Assembly (NCBI GenBank): GCA_038087875.1
Contig: CM075988.1
Location: forward strand, 18,664,001-18,728,000
Direction: 5' to 3'
Source: Malacoraja senta
Lineage: Eukaryota
Length of the DNA stretch: 64,000 bases
The notes under the pieces: model-generated
The model's database searches: none
What the model was told of the DNA's origin: nothing
The model's input: the letters and a program-made list of their open reading frames with translations, nothing else
Shown: one piece after another, positions 13,434-27,200 of the stretch
How the letters are laid out: each line of letters opens with the position of its first letter
How positions within the stretch are numbered: position 1 is the stretch's first letter
Position numbers and translations under genes: made by a program

Positions 13434-14188
13434 CAAGGGCGGAAATCCCGGGGGGACGGGGGACACACGTCCCTCCATATTTTGAGAGGTGGGGGACAAT
13501 CCCCCCCCCCCATATTTTGTAATCCGGATTTTGAAAATTCGGTGAAAAAAAAATCTATTAAAAATCTCCGCTTTCCGCGAGACAGTGGGGGTGGGACTGA
13601 TGGTCGAGGGCGCCGATTGGACGAGAGAGGCGTCGGTCAGCAGGCAATGGGGGGGGCGGGACATGATGATTCCGCGCGATGGTTGGAGGAGGGAGGTGTC
13701 GGTCAGAGGCGGAAATAGGGGCGTGGGACTGAGGATAGAGCGCGGTGATTGGAGGAGGAAGATGTCCTGGTGGAGCAAAGATCATAGAGCGGGGATTGAA
13801 TCGGCCCGTTCGCGGGGCCTTTCATCGCCCGGCGCGGCTTAAAATCGGCCACAGGATCTTCCACCGCCCCGCGGTCAAATTGCTGCGTTGAGGCGATTGA
13901 AGCTCCCGATGTTGAAGCCCCCGCCGGGGGAAGGAAGATCCCGCAGCTGATTTTCAGCCTGCTGGGCGATGAGAGGCCAACGGGCCGATTGAAGCCCCAC
14001 GATTCGGGGCGGACGAAGTTGCTGTTGCTGGAGTTTGGAGTCTGTCACCAACCAGGTCAGCTCCCGATGTCATCGTCCACAGGGCCCACGGCTGAAGCCT
14101 CCGAAGTCTCGCGCATGTGTGTGAGTGCGCGAGCGGCCACCAAGAAATTGTGTCCCCCCGCATGTTTTGATAGCGATTTCCGCCGCTG
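13434..14188. mobile_element. GC-rich non-autonomous DNA transposon, hAT-like
   Basis: TIR caagggcggaaatc / gatttccgccgctg with subterminal ggggac/gtcccc repeats. Inserted into a pLTR element, with ctgcaga on both flanks (imperfect TSD). Confidence 0.65.
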
Positions 14189-14959
14189 AGGTCTGCAGAT
14201 GCTGGTTTAAACCAAAGACAGACACAAGTAGCTGGAGGGTCAGATGGCCTCTCTGGAGAAAAGGAATAGGTAATGTTTCAGGTCGAGACCCTTCCTCAGA
14301 CTGAGGAGATTTCGCAGTGGAGCCTGAAGAAGGGTTTCGACCCTATTCCTTTTCTCCGGCGAGGCTGCCTCCCCCGCTGAGTTACTCCAGCTTTTTGTGT
14401 CTGTACAGAACTTTTTTCTGTTGCAATGAAAGGGAATAATTTAGGTGAAGATTATTTATTATGAGCTAGATTTGAAATCTCAAAAGCTTTAGCAAAGCTT
14501 TATCTCATTGCTGAATATTAGTCTCAGACATTTCAGTTCACAATATATGTAAACACTGGTCTTTGACAGAAGGAGCTGACGTGAATTCAATCAGATGCCT
14601 TGGTTTCACTCCGTGTAATAATATTGACTCTTCATAAAAGCGCATTGAAAAGATTACAAATCCGCAATTCAAAATTCATCAAGGAATTCATTAAAATTTT
14701 AAGATTTCATATAAGTAAGCTGTATCCTAACTCATATTAAGGCAGATTTCCAATCTAGGACATAGTCATAGAGTCATTGAGCTATGCAGCATGGAAATAG
14801 GCCCTTTCTATGGTCTTACAATGACACTTTCTTGCTTCCAATTTCCCCCTACAATCAGTCAGAAGGGACCCGACACGAAACGTCACCTATCTGCAAGGAA
14901 ATCATTCAAAATCCAATTACTGGAGTTAACTATATTGCTTTTTGAGAAACATGGTTTTC

Positions 14960-15950
14960 GGGTGGCATGGTGGCACAGAGTTGCTGCCTTGCAGCCCCGA
15001 AGACCCGGGTTCGAATCCTGACTACAGGTGCTGTCTGTACGGAGTTTGTACATTCTCCTCGTGACCAACATCGGTTTTCTCCGGGAGCTCCGGTTTCCTC
15101 TCACATTCCAGTGCCAGAGACCCAGGTTCGATCCTGACTACGGGTGCTGCCTGTATGGAGTCTGCACGTTCTCCCCGTGACCTGTGTGGGTTTTCTCCAG
15201 GTGCCCCGGTTTCCTCTGACACTCCAAAGACGTGCTGGTTTGTAGGTTAATTGGCTTTGGTAAAATTGCAAACTGTCCTTATGCCCCTGTCCCACTTAGG
15301 AAACCTGAACGGAAACCTCTGGAGACTTTGCGCCCCACCCAAGGTTTCCGTGCGGTTCCCGGAGGTTTTTGTCAGTCTCCCTAATGGTCGAAAGTGGTTT
15401 CCGCTTCTTCTATGTTCTGGCGATTATTTCAAAAAATTCGAAACCGGCCGCGACTAAAAATAGGTTGCCGTTTAAAAAATCCGTAATTTTTTAGTCAAAG
15501 CCGGTTGCGATGCTAGTTGAAGGTGATTGCCGGAGGTTGCAGGTAGTGGAAGGTAAGACCTTTTTTTCACCCAGTTTTATTCCACCAGGGAGGTCTTACC
15601 TTCCACTACCTGCAACCTCCGGCAACCACCTTCAACTAGCATCGCAACCTATTTTTAGTCGCGGACGGTTTTGAATTTTTTGAAATAATCGCCGGAACAT
15701 AGAAGAAGCGGAAACCACTTTCGACCATTAGAGGGAGAGTGACAAAAACCTCCGGGAACCGCACGGAAACCTTGGGTGGGGCGCAAAGTCTTCAGAGGTT
15801 TCCGTTCAGGTTTCCTAAGTGGGACAGGGGCATAAGTGTGTGTAGAATAGTGTTAATGTGCGGGGATCGGTGGTTGGCATGGACTCGGTGGGCCGAAGGG
15901 CCTGTTTCTGCACTGTATCTCAAACTAAACTAAACTAAACTAAACTAAAC
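14960..15950 (+). mobile_element. HE1-like SINE with a duplicated head region, interrupted by a MITE
   Basis: Two tandem head/central segments (about 14960-15110 and 15110-15280). The tail with (aaact)n resumes at 15833. Confidence 0.8.
15282..15832. mobile_element. PIF/Harbinger-type fold-back MITE (subfamily B)
   Basis: Near-complete palindrome tgcccctgtcccacttagg...cctaagtgggacaggggca with arms of about 250-280 bp. Flanked by tta/taa. Confidence 0.88.
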
Positions 15951-18029
15951 TTTGCACCACCAATCAGCGTCTTGAACATTTCACATCGCTAACCTCAGCA
16001 CCTATGATCTGCCTTGGACTGTGTCTTTGGTTGCACTATGGACTCTGGTTTATCACTATTATATTTACCTTGTATTATGATTATGAATTGACTGTATTTT
16101 TGATTATCATATATTTAGCTGCGTGTGTTGCATTTACTGGGCCGTTAAGCTGCAGCAAGTAAGAAGTTCATTGTTCTGCTGTCGGTGTAGAAGACAATGA
16201 AACCAACTTGACTCTTGAACGGTCTTGGCTTGTGCCAAGTAGACAACTCTCAATAGCCCTCAGAACAGGCAAGGGGCTCCGTCTAATGAGTAAGCAATGG
16301 GTAACTAATGCCAGCCTCACCAGCAATACCTACAGCCCTTAAATCGAGTTAAGACAAAACCCAGGCTGAGTCAACCAAAATGACCCTTACAATCTCTGTG
16401 GGGAAGGACTACAGGAAACTAAACGGAAGCAATTAATCTTGGCGTTAGTGATGTTGGCCATTAGTTGCATTCACCCCTGTACATTTAGTCCCAGTGGTGC
16501 GATCCCAGTGTTTTACGTTAGACTTTTAGACTTTAGAGATACAGTGCTGAAACAAGCCCTTCGGCCCACTGGAGTCCGCGCCGACCAATGCCACCCCGTA
16601 CACTAGCACTATCCTACACACTCGGGACAATTGACAGTTTTACCGAAGTCAATTGACCTACAAACCTGTACGTCTTTTGAATGTAGGAGGAAACCGGAGC
16701 ACCCGGGGAAAAACCAACGTCGGTCACAGGGAGAACATACAAACTCCGTATAGGCCGCACCCGCAGTCAGGATCGAACCTGGGTCTGTGGCGCTGTGAGG
16801 CAGCAACTCCACCGCTGCGCCACTGTGCTGCTTGTTGTGACACACTCACTGGTATGGCATACCAGCACCTATCAATAGTTTAACATCATTATCTCATTTT
16901 CCACCACGTTACATGTATGCTTATTAATTGTTCGTACTAGCTCCTTTTAGACTATAAATAATGCACCGTGCAAAAGTGTAGCTCTGCTAAAGAGGAACTT
17001 GAGTAGAACTACACCCTATGATTTAGTGCAATATGTTGATTGCCTTCAATTTCCAAAGTTCAGCTCCCTGGAATATCCTCCCAAATCCCTGTTGATCTCC
17101 ATGTCGCTCTCCTTCTCATTCTCCGTCTCCCTTGCTTTGAGTGGGATTTTTCTCTGCACAGTTTCTCCGCAGCAAAGAGAAGCAGATGTGAGCCGTTCAG
17201 CTCAGAAGCGTGGATACTTTTGCCTGGCAAAATGGGTTAAGCTTTGGCTTTGTGAGTACAGAGAGAGAAAAAAAAATTCAGCCTTCAGAACAGCACCGGT
17301 TCAGAAGCATTTCAGATCCTGTTTGAAGTTGACTACAGCTTGCTGGGTCTGGTCAGATTAATGAGTGCAGCAACCAGTATTTATATACATCGTAATTATT
17401 TCTGAGATGGGTTATTAAGCTGAGTTTCAGTGAAGCCCATGACCTGGCATGTCTGCAACATGATCCGCTCTCCATTTTGCATCATAATAAGTGGGTTTTG
17501 TCTTTTTTTAAACTCTAATTCCAATAGTCAATTTGAGCGTTTTAGCAAAAAGAGATTTGAAGACGGTTCTAATGAGGGAAATACAGTTGAAGTTAATATT
17601 CAATTATTGTAGCATAGAACTCCTTCTGCCCTCTCCAGATAGCTTAAGCATTTCTCCATACTTATTGGCGAGAAATGCGAAATACATTTTTAATGTTTTC
17701 GGGCAAAACTTGCCATGATTATTTAAAGCATTAACATGTATAATCCTTGAGATCAGAGAACACGACAAGGCCATTTCATCCGCTGAACCAGTGCTATATC
17801 CCAATGTATGAAGCAGCTCAAATTCCCAGTAGGACTTTGACCTTTTTTTTTCGCCATCCACGGGTCTGAAGAAGGATCCTGACCCAAAACATCACCTCCA
17901 TGTTCTCAAGAGATGCTGCTTAATCTGCTGAGTTACTCCAGCACTTTGTGCCTTTTTCAGGTCCTGAGCCTCCCGCACCCTCCTGCCAATGACAAATGTC
18001 AGTATTTCTGCAGTTTCCTTGCCTGAACT

Positions 18030-18500
18030 TCAAGGATGTTGCCAGAACTCAAGGGCCTGAGCTATAGGGAGAGGTTGAGTAGGCCAGGACTCTGTTTCTT
18101 GGAGCGCTGGAGGATCAGGGGTGATCTTACGGAAGTGTACAAAATCATCAGAGCAATAGCTTGAGTAAACACACGGAGTCTCTTGCCCAGAGTAGGAGAA
18201 TCGAGAACCAGACAACATAGGTTTAAGGTGAGGTGGGAAAGATTTAATAGGAACTTGACGGGTAATGTTCTTACACAAAGGGTGGTGTGTGTATGGAATG
18301 AGTGGCTGGAGAAGGTAGTTGAGGCAGTTACTATCGTAACATTTAACAAACATTTAGACAGGTATGTGGGTAGGATAGGTTTAGAGGGAACTGGGCCAAA
18401 TGCAGGCAGGTGGAACGAGTATAGATGGGACATATTGGTTGGTGTGGAAAGATGGGCCTGTATCCATGCTGTATGACTCCATCACTCTACAACTCTATGA
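18030..18500 (+). mobile_element. Older CR1 LINE 3' fragment
   Basis: ORF 18183..18476 SRTRQHRFKV...FNRNLTGN..TQRVV..WN, followed by a ctatgact-like tail. Confidence 0.85.
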
Positions 18501-21500
18501 CCCTGAGACTCTCTCCATGACTTCCTCCTCCTGTTTTATGTTCTTCAGGTCTCCGAGCTTCCACTTTGCTGCATTCCAAAATTCTGTTTCACCAGCAAAC
18601 ATCAGTTTCTTTCCTCTTGTGAAAATGGCCAAATCGCTTCTAAAGATGGAAAGTGAGTCATTTCCTAGATTCCTGGTCACAGCGTTCCCACATTGGGAAG
18701 TCAGGAGAACACTCCGCATTCTCCCTCTCTCTGCACCCATGTCGATACATTTCCACGAATATTGCATTCATCTCAATCCCTGTTCATCTGACAGTCCCTG
18801 TAAGTCCTTGTTCACAGTTGCACACTTGTTGTGTCACAGGTATTGAGTTGAATTGAAAGAAACAGGCCCTTTGGCCCACCAGGTCCATACTGACCCTCAA
18901 TCAGCTGAGGCCAGCAGGGGCCAAAGCTTGGGGTACTACGCTTGGGGTACTACGATAAGCATGGGAACCGTAGCACATTTAACAGGCCCACTGCTCCTGC
19001 CTGAAACATATCTATTGGGCAGAGCACGTTACAGATGCACCACTGGAGGAGCACCTATAAATGCAGGTTATTTTTTAACTTGCTTGTATCATTTTAATTG
19101 AGCTCAACTGAAGGAGCAAAAATTAAGTTTAGTTTGGTTTAGTTTAGAGATACAGCATGAGAACAGGCCCTTCAGCCCACCAAGACCGCGCCGACCAGCC
19201 ATCTTCGCATGCTAACACTTTCCTACAGACACTAGGGACAATTTACAATGATGGCAAGCTAATTAACCTACAAACCGGAACGTCTTTAGGGTGTGGGAGG
19301 AAACCGAAAAACCCGGTGAAAATCCACACGGGTCACGGGGAGAACGTACAAACTCCATACAGACAGCACCAGTAACCAGGATCGCACCCAGGTCTCTGAT
19401 GTGTAAGGCAGCAACTCTACTGCTGTGCCACCGTGCCGTCCAAAGAATTGATGGAAATGAAAACTGAAATAATATCCTTTCTTCATTATTCATTCTCTGG
19501 ATATCATTTGCAAAGTCATCATTTGTTAGCCATATCTAATCAACTGGATACAATCCTGTTGCTGTTGCTATGGAGTATTGTATAAACTAGAATGTGTTAG
19601 AGGGTCAGATTTCTGTCAGATGCGTCATGGCATGGAAACAGGCCCTTCAGCCTGCCGTGTCCATGCTGACCAGTTGGCATATTGGGCTGGTTCCATTTGC
19701 TTGCATTTGGCCCATACCCCCTCTAAACTCTTCCTATCCACATATCCGTCCAATTGGGTGGTACAGTAGTGCAGCGGTTGAGTTGCTGCCTTATACGCCT
19801 GAGACCCGGGTTCGATCGTGACTACGGTTGATGTCTGTAAGGAGTTTGCACGTTCGCCCCGTAACCAAGGCGCGGGTTTTCTCCAGGAGTTCCGGTTACC
19901 TCCCAGCTCCAAAGACGTGCAGGTTTGCAGGTTAATTTGCTTTGGTAAAATTGTAAATTGCCACTTGTGTGTAGGTTAGTGCTAGTGTAGGGGGGTGATC
20001 GCTGGTCGGCGCGGACTCGGTGGGTTGAAGGGCCTGTTTCCGCATTGTATCTGCAAATCCAACTCAAAGAAATGTCTTTTAAAAGTCATAATTGTATCCT
20101 CTTCTACAGCTTCCTCTGGCAGCATGTTCCAGATGCGAACTACCCTCTGAGATGTCTGAAAAAGACTCTGAGCATTCACTTTATTCCTGCCCCTCATGAT
20201 CTTGTACATCTCCATAAGGGCAACCCAGTGGTGCAACTAGTAGAGTTGCTGCCTCATAGTGCCAGAGATCCGGGTTCGATCACAATCCTGGGTGCTGTCT
20301 GTGTGGAGTTTGCATGTACTCCCTGTGATTGTGTGGGTTTCCCGCAGGTGCTCTGGTTCCCTCCAACATCCCAACAAATGCTTGTTTGTACGTTAACTGT
20401 CCTCTGTAGGAGTGGTTGTGATGGTGAGATAACGTACAACTGGTGTGAACTGGTAGGTGATCGTTGGTCAGCCTGGACTCGATGGGCCAAAGGGTCTGTT
20501 TCCACGATGCGTCTTTCAATCCAAAGAAAAGGTCAACCCTCAGCCTCCTACACTCCAAGGAAACAGTCCTGGTCTATTCAACTTTGCCCCATAACGAAAG
20601 CCCGCAAGCCCAGGCAATATCTTGGTGAATCTTTCCTGCACTTTTCCAACTTAATGACATCCTTCCTACAGCTGGGTGACCTGAACTGTGGTCCCATAAG
20701 TTCATAGTTCATAAGTTCCAGGAGCAGAATTAGGTCATTCGGCCCATCAAGTCCATCATGGCTGATCTATCTTTCCCTTTCAACCCCATTCTCCTGCCTT
20801 CGCCCCATTACCCCTGGCACCCTTACTAATGAAGAATCTCACCATCGTACAGCCTCATCTCAATGTTCCAACTTTGGTACTCAATGCCCTTCCCAATGAA
20901 TGCAAGCGTGCCACAAGCCTTCTTCACCGCTCTGTCCACCTGACATTAATATTAGGGGACTGTGCACCTTCACTCCCCCATCTCTCTCTTTTCTGCCACA
21001 CTCTCCAGATCTCTCCTGTTTACTGTGTGAGTCAGACTCTGGTCTGACGTACCAAAGTGTTACACCTCACACGTGTCAGACTTGTATTCCCTGAAGGATG
21101 TGAATCAACCTGGTGAGATCCTGGTAAGCGCAGTTGGATAAGGTGGTGGCGATCAGGATGGATGCAAGCTTTTGATGTCGAGAGTTATTTCATTAATTTG
21201 TTTGATGCAGACAGCAACACGGTTGCCATGGCAGCGATCCCTGTTGACTGCACTACGCTGGTTCATGAGGTGTCTCTCTTAAGCAAGGTGGATGCTGATC
21301 TGATGCCGAGCTTCCCTTCCCGCTGTCAGAACCACTGACAGGCGCCAGAGGACAAACTGCAGAAGAATCCTGCTGTCAGCCTCTCCACTCCCCTCTTCCA
21401 ATAGCCCGGCTTGCTTTTAGACGCTCTTCTCAGTGGCCGGCCTGGGAAACAATAAGATAGACACACAAAGCTGGAGTAACTCAGCGGGACAGGCAGCATC

Positions 21501-21659
21501 TCTGGAGAGCAGGAATGGGCGACGTGTCGGGTCGAGATCACACTCGCTCTGACTGAGAAACAATAACACCGAGGCGACATGAGGCCGAGCGGACAACCTC
21601 CCCCTGCCAGGATGAAGCACGAGGCTGATGAGATCGGCCTGAAGGATGGGGAGAAGTTG

Positions 21660-22357
21660 AGATGGAGACCAAGGCGCTGGTGTGGCCACATTTGGAATAT
21701 TGTGAGCAATTCCGGGCCCCATATCTGAGGAAGGATGTCTGGAGAGAAGGTTAACGAGAATGATCCCAGGAATGAGTGGGTTAACATATGATGAATGTTT
21801 GACGGCACTGGGCCTGTACTCGCTGGAGCTTAGAAAAAGAAGGTTTGAATCTTATTGAAACTTACCGGATAGTGAAAGGCCTGGATGGAGTGAATGCGGA
21901 GAGGATGTTTCCACTAGTGGGAGAGTCTACTTTAGGTCATAACCTCAGAATTAAAGGATGTTCCTTTAGGAAGGACATGAAGAGGAATTTCTTTAGTCAG
22001 AGGGTGGTGAATCTGTGGAATTCTTTGCCATAGAAAGCCATCAATGGATATTTTTAAGGCTGAGATAGATAGATTCTTGATTAGCACGTGTGCCAGGGGT
22101 TGTGAGGAGAAGGCTGGGGTTAAGAGAATGGGGTTAACCTTCACGAGGTCCACTCTGCTTCGACGAATGCAATCAACCTGGCGTGCACAAACAGAAAATC
22201 GAACAGAACAAGTTGTCTTACAACTTTAGGCTGTGCACGCCATATTACAAGAAGAAGAAGAAGAGAGAGAGATAGATCAGCCACGGTTGAATGGCGGAGT
22301 AGACCTGATGGGCCGAATGGCCTAATTCTGGTCCTATCACTTATGAACTTATGAACT
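21660..22357 (+). mobile_element. Older CR1 LINE 3' fragment carrying a nested short retroposon tail (about 22138-22263, ending (aag)n)
   Basis: NLIETYRIVKGLD...FFSQRVVNLWNSLP and a (cttatgaa)n tail. Unrelated 125-bp sequence interrupts the CR1 UTR. Confidence 0.75.
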
Positions 22358-22855
22358 TCCTGCCCAAGTATCAGAGAACGATCCTGCTGTCACACGGATA
22401 ATTCTGGTCATGATATCCTGCTCCCCACCACCAGCTGTAGACTCTGAGAGCAAATACTTCTAAATGTGTTCAACATCCTCTAATCTCTCAGTTATCCAGT
22501 CTAGTTTCCAACTGAAGCTTCATCTGGTGGATGCCCTTCAACTGTTGCTGAAGATAAACTTGTACATTGATCCAACCTTAGATGTCAGTCCGTGTTCACG
22601 TTCCCCCCCCACCCCCCACTTTACTGATTAATTTAAGAAGGAAATTTGAACATTAACTTCTCAATGAGTTTCTTTGAGCAAATGAAGTCTAATTTAATTT
22701 TAAGTCTGTTTAATTTTAGTTTTTTTAATTTAGAGACACAACGCGGAAACAGGCCCTTCGGCCCACCAAGCCCGCACCAAACAGCGATCCCTGCGCACTA
22801 ATGCTATCCTACACACACACTAGGGACAATTTTACATTTATACCAAGCCAATTAA

Positions 22856-23188
22856 TAGCCCTGTCCCACGGTACGAGTTCATTCCAAGAGCTCTCCCGAG
22901 TTTAAAAAAAATCAAACTCGTGGTAAGCACGGAGAATGAACGTAGCGGGTACGTCGGAGCTCGGGGACGTCTCTTAGCGGCTCGTACCGCTAACGGCAGG
23001 TACTCTGGAAGACTCGCTAACGGCAGGTAAGCACGGGAAGACTCGTGAAGATTTTTCAACATGTTGAAAAATGTCCACGAGAGCCCCGAGTACCGACGAG
23101 TTACGGCCATTACCGTAAATCTCCGAGTTCGAATCAGGGCAAACTCGGGAGAACTCTTGGAATGAACTTGTACCGTGGGACAGGGCTT
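22856..23188. mobile_element. PIF/Harbinger-type MITE (subfamily A), inverted relative to 7644-7963 and inserted in a SINE
   Basis: Near-identical reverse complement of 7644-7963. Left TAA at 22853-22855. The right TSD is lost together with adjacent SINE sequence. Confidence 0.85.
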
Positions 23189-24099
23189 ACACCCACATAC
23201 GCAGGGCATGGGGAAAACGTACAAACTCCTTAGAGACAGCCACCCGTAGTCGGGATCGAACCCGGGTATCTGGCGCTGTAAGGCAGCAACTCTACTGCTA
23301 CACCTTTGGTAACCTTCAATCTTTTAATATCCAGAAGTTCCCTTGGTTATAGTATTTCTGATCAAAGAAATTCATATTTTAAAAAGTCCCAGCCTCCCCC
23401 TTTAACTCAAGCCCCCCAAGCTCAGGTAACATCTTGATTGAATCTCTTCTGCTCTCTTGCCAACTGAATAACCTCCTTCCTATAACTGGGTGACTTTTCA
23501 ACATAAAAAGTTTAAAGAAACAAAAGAACTTTTTCAGGAATGCAGATTCCGAGCAAGAACCTCTGCAACTTATTATAGACCACAGCAAAAAAAATCCGCT
23601 CTTAACCACAATGAGACTTGCTGGCCTCTACATTACTGGGATTTAGCTTATTAATGCCATTAAATAGCACTGCACAATGCGTCTCTTGACATATTGTGAA
23701 CCGCGCTGTTTAATAAAAATATAAAAAACGCAATTGTGTGCTTATGGACTCAATTTGTTAGTTTGTTCTGTGTTCAAAAGTTTGGGTGACACTTGGAGGA
23801 ACATTATTTCAGGAGAAAGAAGAGCTATTTGCGATCTGCCGCAAACCATACCTTCCGACAGCAATATTCAGTGGCGTAGGTGGCTGCTATTTGTATACAG
23901 TGTGTATGCAAGCAAATAACCTCACTATGTCTCGTCACATGTGACAATAAAGTATTCCTATCCCTATTCCTAATGACTTGGTGAGCCTGGAGTCAGAATG
24001 TCTGCAGTCTCCAATTGACCTCAGCAATCAGATTTAACACGGGGGGAGGGGAGTCAATCTGACATCAAAATTGATCTGACTATCTCATGAAATCAATCA

Positions 24100-24410
24100 A
24101 TGGTGGAGCAGCGGTAGAGTTGCTGCCTTACAGCGCTTGCAGCGCCTGAGACCCGGATTCAATCCTGACTATGCGTGCTGTCTGTACGGAGTTATTACAT
24201 TCTCCTCGTGACCTGCGTGGGTTTTCTCCGAGATCCTCGGTTTCCTCCCACACTCCAAAGACGTGCAGGTTTGTAAGTTCATTGCCTTGGTATAAGTGTA
24301 AATTGTAAATTGTCCCCAGTGTTTGTGTGGGATAGTGTTAATGTGCAGGGATCGCCGGTCGGCGCAGTCTCGGTGGGCCGAAGGGCCTGTTTCCGCTCTG
24401 TATCTCTGAA
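24100..24410 (+). mobile_element. HE1-like V-SINE, subfamily with an extra cagcgcttg segment in the head
   Basis: Complete head, body and tail. A similar extra segment occurs in the copy at 41375-41680(-). Confidence 0.85.
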
Positions 24411-24785
24411 CAAAACATCTCAGAAACAACTGATATCAGGCGACTGAACCATCCTAGCACAACTACAGAGCAGTCCTGAACTACTATCGACCTCATTGGA
24501 GACCTATTAGGACTACCTTTGATCAGACTCTACCTGGCACTAAATGTTATTCCCTTTATCCTGTATCTGTACACTGTGAATGGCTCGGTTGTAATCCTGT
24601 ATGGTCTTTCAGCTTTCTGGCTAGCATGCTACAAAGGTTTTTCACTGAACCTTGTGACAATAAACTAAACTAAACTGAACTAAACTAAACATAGAAAATA
24701 GCAGCAGGAGGGGACAACTCAACACTTTGATTCGCCCTTGCCCTTCAATATGACCACGACTACACAATACTCTTGCTGTCTCTCG

Positions 24786-25432
24786 CAGGGGCGGAAAACC
24801 TGGGGGGTGGGCCAGAGGGGATACGTCCCCCCCATGTTTGGAGAGGTGGGGGACATCCCCCCCAAGTTTTTGTGATCCCGATTTTCAAAATCTCCGCTTT
24901 CCGCGAGGCAGTGGGGGTGGGCCTGATGATCGAGGGCGCGATGATTGGAGGAAGGAGGAGTGGGGGGGGGGACCTGAGGATAGAGTGTGCGGTGATTGGA
25001 GGAGGGAGACGTGGCACAGACCTGCGCCTCATCCGCAGGCAGGATCGATCCCGGCCGGGTCTCCGGCGCTGTCCCGAGTGCCCCCCCCCCACGGGTGGCC
25101 AGAGAGGTCAGCAGTCAGACGTGAGCTGTGCCCCCAGGCCCACAGCCAGCGCAGAGAAACAGCGCTAAACCCAGCTCAACTCTGCCTGTCCCGCCAGGTG
25201 AACCTGCCTCGACTTGCGGGAAATATGGCCAGCATGGAGAAGCAGCGCTGGTGTCCCGCCAGTCCAGACAGGGCTGTAGTTAACCCGGTGAGACAGGCAG
25301 AGTTGAGCTGCATTTAGCGCTGGATTGAGCCTCCGAAGCCTTGCGTGCGTGTGTTTGTGAGTGTGCCCATGCGCGCGCGGCCGCCAAAAAATTGTGTCCC
25401 CCCATCCCCTCCATGTTTTGATAGCGAGTTCC
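24786..25432. mobile_element. Second member of the GC-rich hAT-like family; right TIR eroded
   Basis: Starts caggggcggaaa. About 200 bp at the left end and about 100 bp at the right end match 13434-14188; the interior differs. Confidence 0.65.
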
Positions 25433-26072
25433 ACTCTTCCTCGCACCTCTTGGTGCCTCTGTGGCTCCAGAAACTCCTCAAGTATATTCACCACTTGGCA
25501 TCTACTGCGTTCTGAGGAAAAGGATTCCACTAAGTTTATCACTCTCTGGGTGAAGGGGTTTGTTCTGACCCCGGTTCCATCTGCAAAAATCCATACGTTA
25601 TAGGAACTGAATGAGGCCATTCGGCCCATCAAGACTACTCCATCATTCAATCATGGTTGATCTATCTGTCCCTCTCAACCTCATTCTCCTACCTTCTCCC
25701 CATAACCCCTGACACCCGTACTAATCCAAAATCTGTCAATCTCCGCCTTAACAATATCCATTGACGGCCTCCACACCATTCTGTGGCAATGAATTCCACA
25801 GATTCACCACCCTCTGACTAAAGAAATACCTCCTCATCTTCTTTCTCGTCCATGCATCTGTCTAAATGTATTTTAAACATTACCATTACCATCTGCCACG
25901 TAATAAACATTACCAATAGACGTGTGATTCATTGTTTATCAAGCATCTTGGTCACTCACTGTTGGACTTTGCTAATCAATGAGTGGGGAAATAGATTTAA
26001 GTTTAATTTTAAGACCTGCTACTGTGATCCACATCTTTGTATCGTTGAGTTCAGTTATAATTTTAGGAAATA

Positions 26073-27200
26073 GATACATAGATACATAGAAAATAGGTGC
26101 AGGAGTAGACCATTCGGCCCTTCGAGCCTGCACCGCCATTCGATATGATCATGGCTGATCATCCAACTCAGTATCCCGTACCTGCCTTCTCTCTATACCC
26201 CCTGATCCCTTTAGCCACAAGGGCCACATCTAACTCCCTCTTAAATATAGCCAATGAACTGGCCTCCACTACCCTCTGTGGCAGAGAGTTCCAGAGATTC
26301 ACCACTCTCTGTGTGAAAAAGTTTTTTCTCATCTCGGTCTTAAAGGATTTCCCCCTTATCCTTAAGCTGTGACCCCTTGTCCTGGACTTCCCCAACATCG
26401 GGAACAATCTTCCTGCATCTAGCCTGTCCAACCCCATAAGAATTTTGTACGTTTCTATAAGATCCCCTCTCAATCTCCTAAATTCTAGCGAGTATAAGCC
26501 AAGTCTATCCAGTCTTTCTTCATATGAAAGTCCTGACATCCCAGGAATCAGTCTGGTGAACCTTCTCTGCACTCCCTCTATGGCTATAATGTCCTTCCTC
26601 AGATTTGGAGACCAAAACTGTATGCAATACCCCAGGTGTGGTCTCACCAAGACCCTGTACAACTGCAGTAGAACCTCCCTGCTCCTATACTCAAATCCTT
26701 TTGCTATGAAAGCTAACATACCATTCGCTTTCTTCACTGCCTGCTGCACCTGCATGCCTACTTTCAATGACTGGTTTACCATGACACCCAGGTCTCGCTG
26801 CATCTCCCCTGTTCCTAATCGGCCCTCATTTAGATAATAGTCTGCTTTCCTGTTTTTGCCACCAAAGTGGATAACCTCACATTTATCCACATTATACTGC
26901 ATCTGCCAAACATTTGCCCACTCACCCAGCCTATCCAAGTCACCTTGCAGTCTCCTAGCATCCTCCTCACAGATAACACTGCCCCCCAGCTTAGTGTCAT
27001 CCGCAAACTTGGAGATGTTGCCTTCAATTCCCTCATCCAGATCATTAATATAAATTGTAAATAGCTGGGGTCCCAGCACTGAGCCTTGCGGTACCCCACT
27101 AGTCACTGCCTGCCATTGTGAAAAGGACCTGTTTACTCCTACTCTTTGCTTCCTGTTTGCCAGCCAGTTCTCTATCCACATCAATACTGAACCCCCAATA
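26073..27200 (-). mobile_element. Young 5'-truncated CR1 LINE with an uninterrupted RT C-terminal frame
   Basis: ORF 26168..27280 contains SGVPQGSVLGP, KFADDTKL and the C-terminal motifs. Same family as 270-1043. Octamer tail. Short caatactgaacccc duplication at the 5' junction. Confidence 0.95.

Noticed and set aside
13203..13842. Overlapping ORFs of 85-191 aa and apparent CpG-island promoter
   Set aside because: They lie in a GC-rich TIR element that is repeated at 24786.
18926..18953. 14-bp tandem duplication gcttggggtactac
   Set aside because: Ordinary slippage duplication with no further structure.
20045..20707. 220-aa ORF
   Set aside because: Chance read-through of antisense CR1 and a SINE; no protein motif.
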